Positions 36,388-46,348 of a stretch of 55,600 bases of DNA are shown here, in pieces; the stretch's first letter is position 1, and every line of letters begins with the position of its first letter. Location of the stretch: contig JAHJEV010000001.1 in assembly GCA_018825365.1 (NCBI GenBank), forward strand, positions 1 to 55,600. Direction: 5' to 3'. The notes under the pieces are model-generated. The model was given only the letters and a program-made list of their open reading frames with translations. It made no database searches and had not been told where the DNA came from. This stretch comes from Patescibacteria group bacterium. GTDB taxonomy: Bacteria > Patescibacteriota > WWE3 > UBA101185 > UBA10185. The translations under genes and the position numbers were made by a program.

Positions 36388-38193
36388 ATGCCAAAGCTTC
36401 GTACAAAATTTCAACTTTCATCAATACCCATAACTAAAAATACTTATAAAAAGATGTTTGCTCTAATAATAGGTTTATCTTTTTTTATCCTCTCTTCCCT
36501 TACTAAAACTCCTGCTTTCATATACGCAGAAGATACTTGTAAAAACATATCGGACTTAAGCGACAGGGCCACATGTTACGAAAAAAAAGAAAGAGAAACA
36601 CAAGCCAAACTCAATAACACCAGATCACTTCTTGATTCAACTTTAAACAACATCAACCAACTCTCATCTCAATTAACAGTTACCCAAGCTCAGCTGGATG
36701 GTGTTCAAAATGATATCAACGGAATCAAAAAAAATCTTGATGAAATAAACCAAAACCTCTCAGACAGAAATCAAAAACTCTCAGACAAAATCTCGATTAG
36801 AAATTCCCTTCTTCGAAACTACTCAAAGAAAAACATTTTAAACGATCTGGAACTTTTCTTTACGAGAAACGAAAATGCAAACCTCAGCGGCTTTCAACTT
36901 TCAAGCTACCTTTATGCATTCAGCAAAGCTGCAAATGAAGAAACCTTAAAAATAATCAGCGGCTTAAACTCCGAAATCCAAGGTTTTGAGCAGGATAAAA
37001 AAACTTCGGAAGAGCTAAAGGCTAAACTTGAGACCGCACAGAAAAATCTAATCTCCCTCACAAACGACATTGCCGCAAGAAAAAACACAGCCCAAAGTCA
37101 AGCAAAAGAACTTTCACAAAAAACAACTCAGTACGAAAAGGAGCTTGAGAACCTTCAAAACAAAATATTAGCTTTAAAATACAGCGATGAAAATGGATCG
37201 GTTGGAGATTACGAACAACCCACCTCTAAAACTCCTTCCGCTCCTTTTAAACCAGCCTTTGCGGCATTTAGTTATGGAGCTTATACACACGGAAATGGCA
37301 TGAGTCAGTATGGAGCAAAAGGAAGGGCAGATAGTGGACAGGGGTACAAAGACATTTTGAAATTTTATTACAAAGTTGGAACAACAAAACCGGACAGCTT
37401 CCCAAAGACAATTAGTGTAAAGGGATACGGGACATTAGACTTTCAGAAGTACCTCTACGGAATAGCCGAGATGCCAAGCGATTGGGATACGGATGCGCTT
37501 AAAGCTCAGGCAATAGCTGCAAGAACTTACGCGTATAAATCCGGAAAACCAATATGCACAACCCAAGCTTGCCAGGTATTTTCAAAAAGCAAATCCAACA
37601 ACCCGCCATCAAAATGGAAAGACGCGGTTGATTCAACGAAAGGTGTAATTCTGGATAATCCTAAAACTTCTCAGTACTCATCAACAACTGGCGGATACAT
37701 TAACAATATCGGATGGGATGTAAAAGGAGATTGGCCGTCAGATGCATACGAGAAAAAAGCCGGTTCCCCCTGGTTTTATAAGGCATGGTACACAAAAAGC
37801 TACAACGATAACAGCACGTGCGGACACCCACACCCATGGATGAAATCATCTGAAATGGCGGACATATTGAATGCGTGGGTTGTTTATACAAAAGGTTCGA
37901 GCGGTGAAAAGAGTCACATAACCCCCCTGACAACAAGCTGTTGGGGAGGGGATCCCTACTCCACAGACAAAATGGGAGACGTTGCGGAAAAGTATATAGA
38001 CAACAAATACACAAGTGTGTCCGATATAAGCGTGGATATAAGTAATGGTGGGGACACATCAAAAGTAACCTTAAAAACTAATAACGGCACTGTTTCTATA
38101 AATGGAGGGGGTTTTAAGACTATATTTAACCTTAGAGCACCCGGTTATGTATCTATAAAAAACACATTGTTTGATTTTGAAACAGTTAATTAA
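36388..38193 (+). CDS. Coiled-coil plus SpoIID/LytB-domain peptidoglycan hydrolase
   Basis: Long coiled coil, then HGNGMSQYGA, YLYGIAEMPSDW, ALKAQAIAARTY, CQVF. Confidence 0.88.
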   Translation: MPKLRTKFQLSSIPITKNTYKKMFALIIGLSFFILSSLTKTPAFIYAEDTCKNISDLSDRATCYEKKERETQAKLNNTRSLLDSTLNNINQLSSQLTVTQAQLDGVQNDINGIKKNLDEINQNLSDRNQKLSDKISIRNSLLRNYSKKNILNDLELFFTRNENANLSGFQLSSYLYAFSKAANEETLKIISGLNSEIQGFEQDKKTSEELKAKLETAQKNLISLTNDIAARKNTAQSQAKELSQKTTQYEKELENLQNKILALKYSDENGSVGDYEQPTSKTPSAPFKPAFAAFSYGAYTHGNGMSQYGAKGRADSGQGYKDILKFYYKVGTTKPDSFPKTISVKGYGTLDFQKYLYGIAEMPSDWDTDALKAQAIAARTYAYKSGKPICTTQACQVFSKSKSNNPPSKWKDAVDSTKGVILDNPKTSQYSSTTGGYINNIGWDVKGDWPSDAYEKKAGSPWFYKAWYTKSYNDNSTCGHPHPWMKSSEMADILNAWVVYTKGSSGEKSHITPLTTSCWGGDPYSTDKMGDVAEKYIDNKYTSVSDISVDISNGGDTSKVTLKTNNGTVSINGGGFKTIFNLRAPGYVSIKNTLFDFETVN

Positions 38194-38279
38194 CGAAAAC
38201 CAACTTCCAGCCATTAACTCACAAACCACACTCGTTGTTATTCTTCCGCTTAAGCTTATTAATATATAATTCGCTTACT

Positions 38280-39776
38280 GTGAAAAAAATTTTCAATACA
38301 ACAAACCTCGTTTACTTACTCTTAGTAATATTTGGAACTCTCGTTTCTTTTAAACCGCCGAGCGACCCTGATTTTGGCTGGCACTACAAATATGGGGAGT
38401 ATTTTGTTCAACATGGAAAAATCCTGAGGGATAATATTTTTTCCTATACAAACACAAATTATGAGTGGTCTAATTCTTACTGGGTCGCGGAATTGGTTAT
38501 GTATCTTTCACATCATTTTCTTGGAAGTGTTTATTCGACCCTAATCTTAAGCTTTGCTCTAAGTGTAATTTTATTAGTTATTATAAAAAAACAAACACGA
38601 AATCTCCTAAACATATCCATAAATTACATTTTGCTTTCAGTAAGTCTATCGATCTATGCGCTTACAGTAAGACCTTTTTATTACAGCACTGTGTTTATGT
38701 TCTTTTTGTTTTACCTTCTTATTTTTAAAAAAGATTGGATCAGGCTTCTTCCTTTTGTTTTTTTGATTTGGGCAAATACACACGCTGATTTTGTACCGGC
38801 GCTTTTTGTCTATGGTGTTTACTGTTTGGATAACTGGGTTCAAAAAACAATTCGGACAAAAGATAGTAAAAATTTACATTTCCAAGCCAACTCTTTTCTG
38901 GACTCGTTTAAGATTTTTTTCCTTTGTGTCTTTTCAACTCTTTTAAATCCTTATGGGATAAAGCTCTGGGCAACGCTGGCAAAAGAGCTGACTCAGCCAA
39001 TTAAATCCTTAGTGAATGAGTGGGGACCTTTTGACTTTAGTTTTAGTAACACCACAACACTTTTTATTAGCTTCCTTTTAGCTGTAGGATTAATTTCCAG
39101 TTTCTCAGTTTTTAAGAGAAAAAAAGATCAATTTGGTTGGTGGTATAAAATCCTAATAATATTTTTCTACATTCTTTCAATCAAGGCGTGTTATTTTGGA
39201 AGACTTTTTTTCATCATGTCCTCGTTTGCTATAATTCAAGAGCTGGAGATCTTAGTAGGAAGCTTGCCCGCGTTTTTTAAAAGTAAAAAAGTTTATCTTC
39301 CGAAAGTGTCTTTGCCCGTTTTTTTGGTACTACTGAGTTTTGCCGCAAGTTCTTTATTTATAGAGAACGTTTCTTTAGCATCAGATATTTCCAAATGGTC
39401 AACAGAGGGGAAATACCCATATAACGCTTTGGGGTACATTAAAAAAAACCCGATGGGTGGCAATATGTGGAACACATACAATTGGGGAGGCTATTTGATA
39501 TGGCAGCTTCCGGAATACAAAACATTTATTGATGGGAGGATGGCCGCATGGAATGAAAATGGGAAATTCTTTATTAAAGAGTACCGTCTAATCTCCTACG
39601 ATCCCGAAAAATACTCTGATTTACTAAACAAGTACCTGTCTGACTACAACATAACCTGGATTTTGGATATACCAAAAAGCAAGGTTATTAAATACCTTTT
39701 GGAAAAAAGCAATCAAAACTCCCAATGGAAATCCGTGTACGAGGATGAAATAAGCATCATAATCAAAAAAAAATAA
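38280..39776 (+). CDS. GT-C-like polytopic membrane protein (putative glycosyltransferase)
   Basis: DPDFGWHYKYGE, WANTHADF, NPYG, EW.P, YNWGGYLIW, FIDGR; GTG start 9 nt after TATAAT. Confidence 0.7.
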   Translation: MKKIFNTTNLVYLLLVIFGTLVSFKPPSDPDFGWHYKYGEYFVQHGKILRDNIFSYTNTNYEWSNSYWVAELVMYLSHHFLGSVYSTLILSFALSVILLVIIKKQTRNLLNISINYILLSVSLSIYALTVRPFYYSTVFMFFLFYLLIFKKDWIRLLPFVFLIWANTHADFVPALFVYGVYCLDNWVQKTIRTKDSKNLHFQANSFLDSFKIFFLCVFSTLLNPYGIKLWATLAKELTQPIKSLVNEWGPFDFSFSNTTTLFISFLLAVGLISSFSVFKRKKDQFGWWYKILIIFFYILSIKACYFGRLFFIMSSFAIIQELEILVGSLPAFFKSKKVYLPKVSLPVFLVLLSFAASSLFIENVSLASDISKWSTEGKYPYNALGYIKKNPMGGNMWNTYNWGGYLIWQLPEYKTFIDGRMAAWNENGKFFIKEYRLISYDPEKYSDLLNKYLSDYNITWILDIPKSKVIKYLLEKSNQNSQWKSVYEDEISIIIKKK

Positions 39777-39837
39777 GTCGACTACTTGTTTTTGGGCCTC
39801 AGAAATCTTTTTTATTCTCGATGGTATAATAAAAACA

Positions 39838-40398
39838 ATGGCGATAGGTATTTTTAAAACGTTCATTAAAAGACCTGCTAATACCGATTATCAGGGCAGA
39901 GATTCCGACGAGACTATAGAAATACTCTTAAGAAAAAGTCTTTACACTCTTTTTCCAAAATTTCTAATGGCTTTTTTTCTCTTTGTCGCTCCTTTATTTT
40001 TAATCCCATTTTTGGCAAAAGCCACTGTCTATAAAGTGCATATTTTCGATGGGCCTTCTCTTTTTATCTTTGCCCTCTTTTTTTATCTTTTTGCAGTCGG
40101 TTTTGTATTTGAAGTATTTCTCTATTGGTATTTTGAAGTTTTTCTCGTCACAAGTAAGAAAATTGTGGACATAAATAAGGGTTGTAGAAGTATTTCGGAA
40201 ACCCCTATTATAAATATTCAGGATATTAATTCTAAGATACATGGAAGTATCGGAGAAATATTAAATATAGGTAGCATATTCATACAAACTGCGGGGAAAA
40301 CCACAGAGTTTGAAATTAATATGATTGATAACCCTTCCGTTGTTAGAGATGCAATATCAGATTTGGTAACAAAGGAGAAAAGAAATGGACATATTTAG
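39838..40398 (+). CDS. Membrane protein with bacterial PH domain
   Basis: Two TMs, then YWYFEVFLVTSKKIVD...IQDI...GSIFIQTAG. Confidence 0.78.
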   Translation: MAIGIFKTFIKRPANTDYQGRDSDETIEILLRKSLYTLFPKFLMAFFLFVAPLFLIPFLAKATVYKVHIFDGPSLFIFALFFYLFAVGFVFEVFLYWYFEVFLVTSKKIVDINKGCRSISETPIINIQDINSKIHGSIGEILNIGSIFIQTAGKTTEFEINMIDNPSVVRDAISDLVTKEKRNGHI

Positions 40399-40666
40399 TA
40401 ACGCGCCAGAAATAATTAAACCCAATTACCCCATAGATACGGAAATCGGAAAGATTGTGGGGCTGGTTCCGACTGTAACAGAAATCGTTGTGTTGGTGCT
40501 GACCCTTTTTTACTTATTCTTTGCGTTTCTTCTTACAAGAAGGGTAAAGATAATGAATACAAACTTCAAAACCCCGCTCGCACCGGTTTTTTCACTTCTT
40601 GCCTTCACAAACCTGATTGCATCTCTAGCCATTATAGCAATTACCCTTCTTACCCTGATTAAATAA
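40385..40666 (+). CDS. Small membrane protein, DUF5657-like
   Basis: YLFFAFLLTRRVKIMNTNFKTP pattern; overlaps the upstream gene. Confidence 0.65.
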   Translation: MDIFSNAPEIIKPNYPIDTEIGKIVGLVPTVTEIVVLVLTLFYLFFAFLLTRRVKIMNTNFKTPLAPVFSLLAFTNLIASLAIIAITLLTLIK

Positions 40667-40667
40667 C

Positions 40668-42488
40668 ATGTTAAAAAAACTGACAGCAAAAACACAAGAA
40701 CTAAACCCAAAGTTGCCCCAATACAGCAACTCGTTTTCAAAATGTTTAACTATCAAACCGGAAACTCAGGAACTTCTTCTTAAAAAAGGCACTTTATACA
40801 TCATGTTTGATTTGTCCGGAGGCTCTAACTTTGACACAGAGCTTGTATGCAAAGTTGTTTATGATGTTTTGCATGATTCCTACTTTAACTCCGAAAGCAT
40901 CTCCCCAATTCAATCAATGGAAAGGTCTATTCTTGAAACAAAAGAGAAAATCCTTCAGCTTTCTGCAGACACCAACACCACCAACCCTCAAAGGGTAGTT
41001 CTTAACGTTATGTCAGCTGTATTATGGGGAAATGTTTTGTATATAGTTAAGTTTGGGTCTGCAAAGTGCTATACGGTAAAAGGCGGCGGTGTTGTTCCGA
41101 TGGAAATGATTTCTGAAGGAAATTTCTCGACCTCCTCAAAGGTTGTGGACGAAGACGAAGTATTAATATTTTGTACGGATCCGTTTGAAGAGTCGGTTCC
41201 TCCTGAAAAACTTTTGTCTTCAAGTCTTTCGGAAAGTGATTTAGACCCTAACCAATCATGTCTGTTAATGAGACTTTTGATAGATACTTCTTTTTCGCAG
41301 GATGAGGTTATAGATTTCGGACTGGGTACGGCGGTGTCACAAAACAAGATAAGGGTTAGATCAGAAAAAGTTGTTTCCGCGCTAAAGGATTTTTTCGAAA
41401 AAATTGCTGATTTCGGAAGGAAATTATCCTCATCACTAAAACTTTTGGTAGCAAAACTAATCAAAAGGCTTCCGAGGAGAAAAGCAACTATAATAACAAA
41501 CAAATTATCCCAAATTTCAAAAGGAGGCAGTGGAAAACTTAAGGGCTGGGCCTTCCTTGGAGGTGTGGCTACACTTTTGGCCATATCGGTTTTTTTCACA
41601 ATCAGATCAAGCGTATTTAAAAATAAAAAGAAACTTGTCGATAACACAAGTGGGATGTCTTTAAACAATCAATCGATAGCTTCTCCAACACAACCCCAAG
41701 AAGATAAATCCAAAGACGAACAATTTAAAATTTCAAGAATAAATCCAGAAGTTTTTTATGATATCAAAATTGCAGAACCCCAGTCCGAACCCACGGACAT
41801 TCAAATAGTTGGAACGCAGGTTGTTGTGGTGGATAGAACAACCGGAAAGATGTTTGTGTCCGACACTCAAACTCCCAACTTTAAGGTTGCGGCGGCAACT
41901 TTCCCCGGCATTAAATCTCTATCTATTACTGGCGAATCACTGAGCTTTAACGATACGGCCGGATACAAAACTTTTGATTTAAAAACGATGGCGGTGGGAA
42001 AATCTTATGAAGTTGAGGGGCTTTCTCTCACCTTTCCATATGCCGGATTTGTTTATGCTCTTTCAAACGATACCCTGACTAAAGAAACCGAAAAGGCGGG
42101 GGTGCTAGAAGGAACGGTATGGGCAAAGAACCCTGATTTTAGCGGTGCAAGGTCAATGACTGTTGCCTTTAACATATACATTCTCAAATCAAACGGGGAG
42201 CTGGTTTCATACTCAACAGGCACCAAAACTTCTTTTGCTGTTTCGGGGTTAGAAAATCCATTTTCAAATACATCAAAGGCAGTTGCCGATGCCGATTTGA
42301 AATATATTTATGTAGCTGATAGAGGAAACAAAAGTATTGTTCTGCTGGACGACGAAGGGAATCTCATAAAACAGTATAAATATGACACGTCAGACATATG
42401 GAATGATATTAGAAGCATCTCCGTATCGCTTGACGAAAAGACACTTTTCGTCCTAAACGGGAGCAAGGTATACAAAGTAGACCTTTAG
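40668..42488 (+). CDS. Single-pass protein with PP2C-like N-terminal domain and beta-propeller C-terminal domain
   Basis: Degenerate PP2C fold (VLWGNVLYIVKFG...LIFCTD), central TM, NHL-like repeats (IYVADRGNKSIV). Confidence 0.65.
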   Translation: MLKKLTAKTQELNPKLPQYSNSFSKCLTIKPETQELLLKKGTLYIMFDLSGGSNFDTELVCKVVYDVLHDSYFNSESISPIQSMERSILETKEKILQLSADTNTTNPQRVVLNVMSAVLWGNVLYIVKFGSAKCYTVKGGGVVPMEMISEGNFSTSSKVVDEDEVLIFCTDPFEESVPPEKLLSSSLSESDLDPNQSCLLMRLLIDTSFSQDEVIDFGLGTAVSQNKIRVRSEKVVSALKDFFEKIADFGRKLSSSLKLLVAKLIKRLPRRKATIITNKLSQISKGGSGKLKGWAFLGGVATLLAISVFFTIRSSVFKNKKKLVDNTSGMSLNNQSIASPTQPQEDKSKDEQFKISRINPEVFYDIKIAEPQSEPTDIQIVGTQVVVVDRTTGKMFVSDTQTPNFKVAAATFPGIKSLSITGESLSFNDTAGYKTFDLKTMAVGKSYEVEGLSLTFPYAGFVYALSNDTLTKETEKAGVLEGTVWAKNPDFSGARSMTVAFNIYILKSNGELVSYSTGTKTSFAVSGLENPFSNTSKAVADADLKYIYVADRGNKSIVLLDDEGNLIKQYKYDTSDIWNDIRSISVSLDEKTLFVLNGSKVYKVDL

Positions 42489-42577
42489 ACCTATTTTTGA
42501 TCCCTTTTTTGGTACAATTATTCAATGTTGACCGCATCGGGCTTACAAAGTAGAATACCGATGCCCTATAAACGCCT

Positions 42578-43288
42578 ATGGAACTAAAAGCAGAAACAAG
42601 AAAAGAGCTTGGAAAAGCAAATAAATATTTAAGAAGAGCCAAAATTATTCCGGCCGTTATATTCGGAAAAGGTATGGGGTCCTTATCTATTTCCTTAAAA
42701 CACAACGAATTTATGAAAGTTTATAAACAATCAGGAGAAACGGATCTTATCGATATAACCTGCGGGGATAAAAAATTCAAAGTTCTTATTAAAGATGTTC
42801 AGGTTGACCCGGTAACTGACGTGGTTTCACATGTAGGGTTTTATAAGCCGGATCTTACAATTAAAATTGAGGCTCAAGTTCCGGTTGTTGTTATCGGTGA
42901 AGAAAACAATGAGATCGTTAAAACCGGGGCCGGAATTGCTTTACAATTATTACAAGAGATTACTGTTGAAGCATTACCTGAGGATCTTCCACACGAATTT
43001 AAGGTTGATATTTCTAACTTAAAGGAATTTGGGGAGGGAATTTCAATATCACAGCTTGATTACGATAAAGCAAAGGTTTCCATCCCGGATGTCGCTCCTG
43101 AAGAGATGGTTGTAAGACTTGAGGAAATGAAAGTCGAAGAAGAACCGGAAGAAACGGTTTCTGAGGAGGAAGCTATTGCGCAGGTTGAAGCTACAAAAGA
43201 GAAACCTGAAGAAGAAGGCGAAGGTGAGGAAGGTGAAAAGTTAAAGAGTGAGTCCAAACCTCAAGAGAAAAGAGAAGAAAAGAACTAA
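42578..43288 (+). CDS. rplY: 50S ribosomal protein L25/Ctc
   Basis: LRRAKIIPAVIFG, IKDVQVDPV...HVGF, LPEDLP, acidic tail. Confidence 0.95.
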   Translation: MELKAETRKELGKANKYLRRAKIIPAVIFGKGMGSLSISLKHNEFMKVYKQSGETDLIDITCGDKKFKVLIKDVQVDPVTDVVSHVGFYKPDLTIKIEAQVPVVVIGEENNEIVKTGAGIALQLLQEITVEALPEDLPHEFKVDISNLKEFGEGISISQLDYDKAKVSIPDVAPEEMVVRLEEMKVEEEPEETVSEEEAIAQVEATKEKPEEEGEGEEGEKLKSESKPQEKREEKN

Positions 43289-43309
43289 TTTTTGAATTTA
43301 GACAAAAAG

Positions 43310-43344
43310 AAAACTCCTCGTTGATCGCTCAATAAGGAGTTTTT
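43310..43344. terminator. Bidirectional intrinsic terminator
   Basis: AAAACTCCT/AGGAGTTTT between convergent genes. Confidence 0.75.
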
Positions 43345-43349
43345 GTTGT

Positions 43350-43898
43350 TTATATTACAGCGTCAGAACTTAGCTCCTCCCCCGTGGATATTTGTTTAAG
43401 CTGTTCCTGTCTGCCTTTTCGTAGTGCGGCCCTACTTTTCTCCTGCTTTACACTCTTTGCAACTTTCTTCCATATATAAATGCAGGCGTAAAGTATAGGA
43501 ACCAGAATGGCACCCCCTAAAAGGCCTCCAAAGAAACCAAATCTCTGAAGGTGTTGTATCATCTTCGGGGTCTCTATAAGAAACTGCATTTGTTGTCGGG
43601 CAGTTAAAACGTTATAAACAACTGTGTCGGGTATTGCCGCATATGTAGCTACAGTAGGAAAGTCAGCTATTCCTCCGATCACAATAACGTTACTGCGTTT
43701 TCTTATATTCTCCGGGACCATTGTACAAAGATCGGTACCCTGAGCTCCCAAAGACTCATCAACCCTGCAGCTGTAAGTAACAGGCTCAGCAGGTGGCCTC
43801 AAAACCGCCCATACCAGTAATGAGAGTAGTGCCAGCCCTGCCAAAACTAATAAAAGCTTTTTCCCGTTACTCTTACTAAACAAATCGTTTATTTTCAT
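43350..43898 (-). CDS. Hypothetical membrane protein
   Basis: Two TMs; AAAAGGAG SD. Confidence 0.65.
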   Translation of the reverse strand: MKINDLFSKSNGKKLLLVLAGLALLSLLVWAVLRPPAEPVTYSCRVDESLGAQGTDLCTMVPENIRKRSNVIVIGGIADFPTVATYAAIPDTVVYNVLTARQQMQFLIETPKMIQHLQRFGFFGGLLGGAILVPILYACIYIWKKVAKSVKQEKSRAALRKGRQEQLKQISTGEELSSDAVI

Positions 43899-44058
43899 TT
43901 TCTCTTCTCCTTTTCTCTTTTTTCTTTTTTTCGAATTTTTCCCTCAATTTTGGGAAATGTGGCCTGTAGTGTACTATGAAAGGGAATTTTTGGCAAATCA
44001 CACAAACTATTTGCTATAGCTACGGGATTTTGTAATTTATAAAAATGGGGTTTATAGC

Positions 44059-46290
44059 TTATTTAGGCCACTCTAAGGATACTAACAATTCCCTATCACC
44101 TTCGTTTTTTGGTAGGTTTGACCATATTGTCTCTGTAGCAAAGGGCATAAAGGGGTGAAGAAGTTTTAAACCCTCAACAAAAACAAACCTAAAGACACTT
44201 AAAGCTAGTTCCTTATCCTCTCTATCCTTAACATGCTCAATATACTTATCGGCAACTTCGTGCCACATAAACTGGTATATAAAATCCGCGGCCTCGGAAA
44301 ATCTGTATTTTTCCAAACTTTCATTCACGTTTTTCTTTGTGTTTTCAAGTTCGATAAGAATTGCCTTGTCGGTTTCGTTCAAACCCTTTATATTTTTTTC
44401 ATCATAAAATTCAACTTTCCTATCTTCCATTAACATCAGCATGAATCTCGCCATATTCCACAGTTTGTTTGCAAAATTCCTGTAAGCAATAACTTTATCC
44501 TTAGGAAAAGCAAAATCTCTCCCGTTTGCCGTTCCTGATATTAAACCCATTCTTAGAGCATCTGCCCCATACTCATCAATATAGTCTAAGGGGTCAATAA
44601 CATTCCCAAGACTTTTACTCATTTTCTTTCCATCTATTGCCCTAACCAACCCATGAAGATAAATATCTTTAAAAGGCGGTTTTCCAGTAAGATAAATTCC
44701 AAACATAATCATTCTCGATACCCAGAATCTAATAATCTCCCACCCTGTCTCCATAACTGATATCGGGTAGAAATATCTGAAATCCTCAGAATCTGGGTAA
44801 CCTAATGTAACAAGAGGCCACTGACCTGACGAAAACCACGTATCAAATGTGTCGGTTTCCTGTAAAAACCTGTTCCCTGGTTTTGTGCGGGAAATAACAA
44901 ACTTTGCATCTTTTGCGGCAACTAAACTTTGAAGCCCGGATTCTATTTCCTCATAAGAATAGCTTTTCAACAAATCTGAAACTTTCCCTGTAGCTCTTTC
45001 TTTGTTTTTATTAATAAAAGTAACTTGGAGATCTGAGTTTTCGTCAATATTGTACCAAGCAGGAATTCTAATTCCCCAAACAACCTGCCTGGAAATTGGC
45101 CAGTCCCTCATTTCCTCCATCCATCTGACATACGTAACTTCTCTCCATCTTGGGTATACTCTTACTTCTTTATTCAAAACCGCATCCAGCGCCGGCTTTT
45201 TGAGTGTTTCTACTTTTACAAACCAGTTTGGGAGAACCATCGGTTCGATTTCATGCCCACCTTTGTAGCAAACCGAAATGGTATGTTCGTAACTTTCATC
45301 AATTTTTACCATCAATCCTTTTTTCTGAAGATCCCCAACAACTTTTTTTCTTGCCTCTTGCACAGAAAGACCTGCATAAGAACCTGCCAACTCGGTCATC
45401 TTCCCATCAAGACCGATTACCTGTTTTATCTTCAATCCATGTCTTTTTCCGGCCTCGTAGTCATTCTTATCATGCGCCGGAGTAACTTTCACAACACCTG
45501 TTCCAAACTCCGGATCAACAAAATCATCTGCAATAACGGTGAGTTTAAAATTTCCATTTAAACCTTCTACTTCTATTTCCTTGCCAATATAATCCTTGTA
45601 TCTCTCGTCTTTTGGATTAACCGCAACAGCCGTATCACCGAATTTTGTCTCCGGCCTTGTTGTTGCAAGAGTAAAAGGTCCGTATTTCATGTAATAAAGA
45701 GGGTCTTTTCTGGTTACGTGTCTTAACTCCAAATCAGCAAACGTAGTTCCGCATTTTGGACAGTAATTAACAACATAGTCATCCCTATAAACCAGGTTTT
45801 CGCTGATCATTTTTTGGAAAGTGTTATAAACTGTGTTTATTACCTTTTCATCAAGAGTAAATGTGTACCTTGACCAATCAAGCCCCGGTCCCATGCTTTT
45901 TATCTGTTTTTCTATTATTTCCTTGTTCTTTTGTACAAAATCCCAGATAGCTTTATATAGTGAGTCTCTATCATAATCAAACCTAGATTTTCCCTGTTCT
46001 TTCAAAGACCTTTCGAACACAAGCTGGGTTTCAAAACCAGCATGGTCTGTTCCAGGAATCCAAAGGGTAGAGTAACCCTGCATCTTTTTCCATCTAATCA
46101 AAACATCCTCGATTGCGAGCATTAACACATTTCCTGTGTGCAGTTTACCGGAAGCATTTGGAGGAGGGAGAATGATCGTAAAAGGCTTCTTATCGGCTTC
46201 TATTTTTCCTGTAAACACATCTGCACTTTCCCATTTCTTTTGGATTGCCGGTTCCTGTAACTTGTGATCGTATTTTTTGTCCATAGACAT
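44059..46290 (-). CDS. valS: Valine--tRNA ligase
   Basis: PPPNASGKLHTGN, PGTDHAG, TTRPET.FGD, GTGVVKVTPAHD, DTWFSS, KMSKS. Confidence 0.97.
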   Translation of the reverse strand: MSMDKKYDHKLQEPAIQKKWESADVFTGKIEADKKPFTIILPPPNASGKLHTGNVLMLAIEDVLIRWKKMQGYSTLWIPGTDHAGFETQLVFERSLKEQGKSRFDYDRDSLYKAIWDFVQKNKEIIEKQIKSMGPGLDWSRYTFTLDEKVINTVYNTFQKMISENLVYRDDYVVNYCPKCGTTFADLELRHVTRKDPLYYMKYGPFTLATTRPETKFGDTAVAVNPKDERYKDYIGKEIEVEGLNGNFKLTVIADDFVDPEFGTGVVKVTPAHDKNDYEAGKRHGLKIKQVIGLDGKMTELAGSYAGLSVQEARKKVVGDLQKKGLMVKIDESYEHTISVCYKGGHEIEPMVLPNWFVKVETLKKPALDAVLNKEVRVYPRWREVTYVRWMEEMRDWPISRQVVWGIRIPAWYNIDENSDLQVTFINKNKERATGKVSDLLKSYSYEEIESGLQSLVAAKDAKFVISRTKPGNRFLQETDTFDTWFSSGQWPLVTLGYPDSEDFRYFYPISVMETGWEIIRFWVSRMIMFGIYLTGKPPFKDIYLHGLVRAIDGKKMSKSLGNVIDPLDYIDEYGADALRMGLISGTANGRDFAFPKDKVIAYRNFANKLWNMARFMLMLMEDRKVEFYDEKNIKGLNETDKAILIELENTKKNVNESLEKYRFSEAADFIYQFMWHEVADKYIEHVKDREDKELALSVFRFVFVEGLKLLHPFMPFATETIWSNLPKNEGDRELLVSLEWPK

Positions 46291-46348
46291 GGTCTGAGGT
46301 TATCACAAAAGGAAGAGGGGTTCAATTGTCACACTATAACAACAGCGC

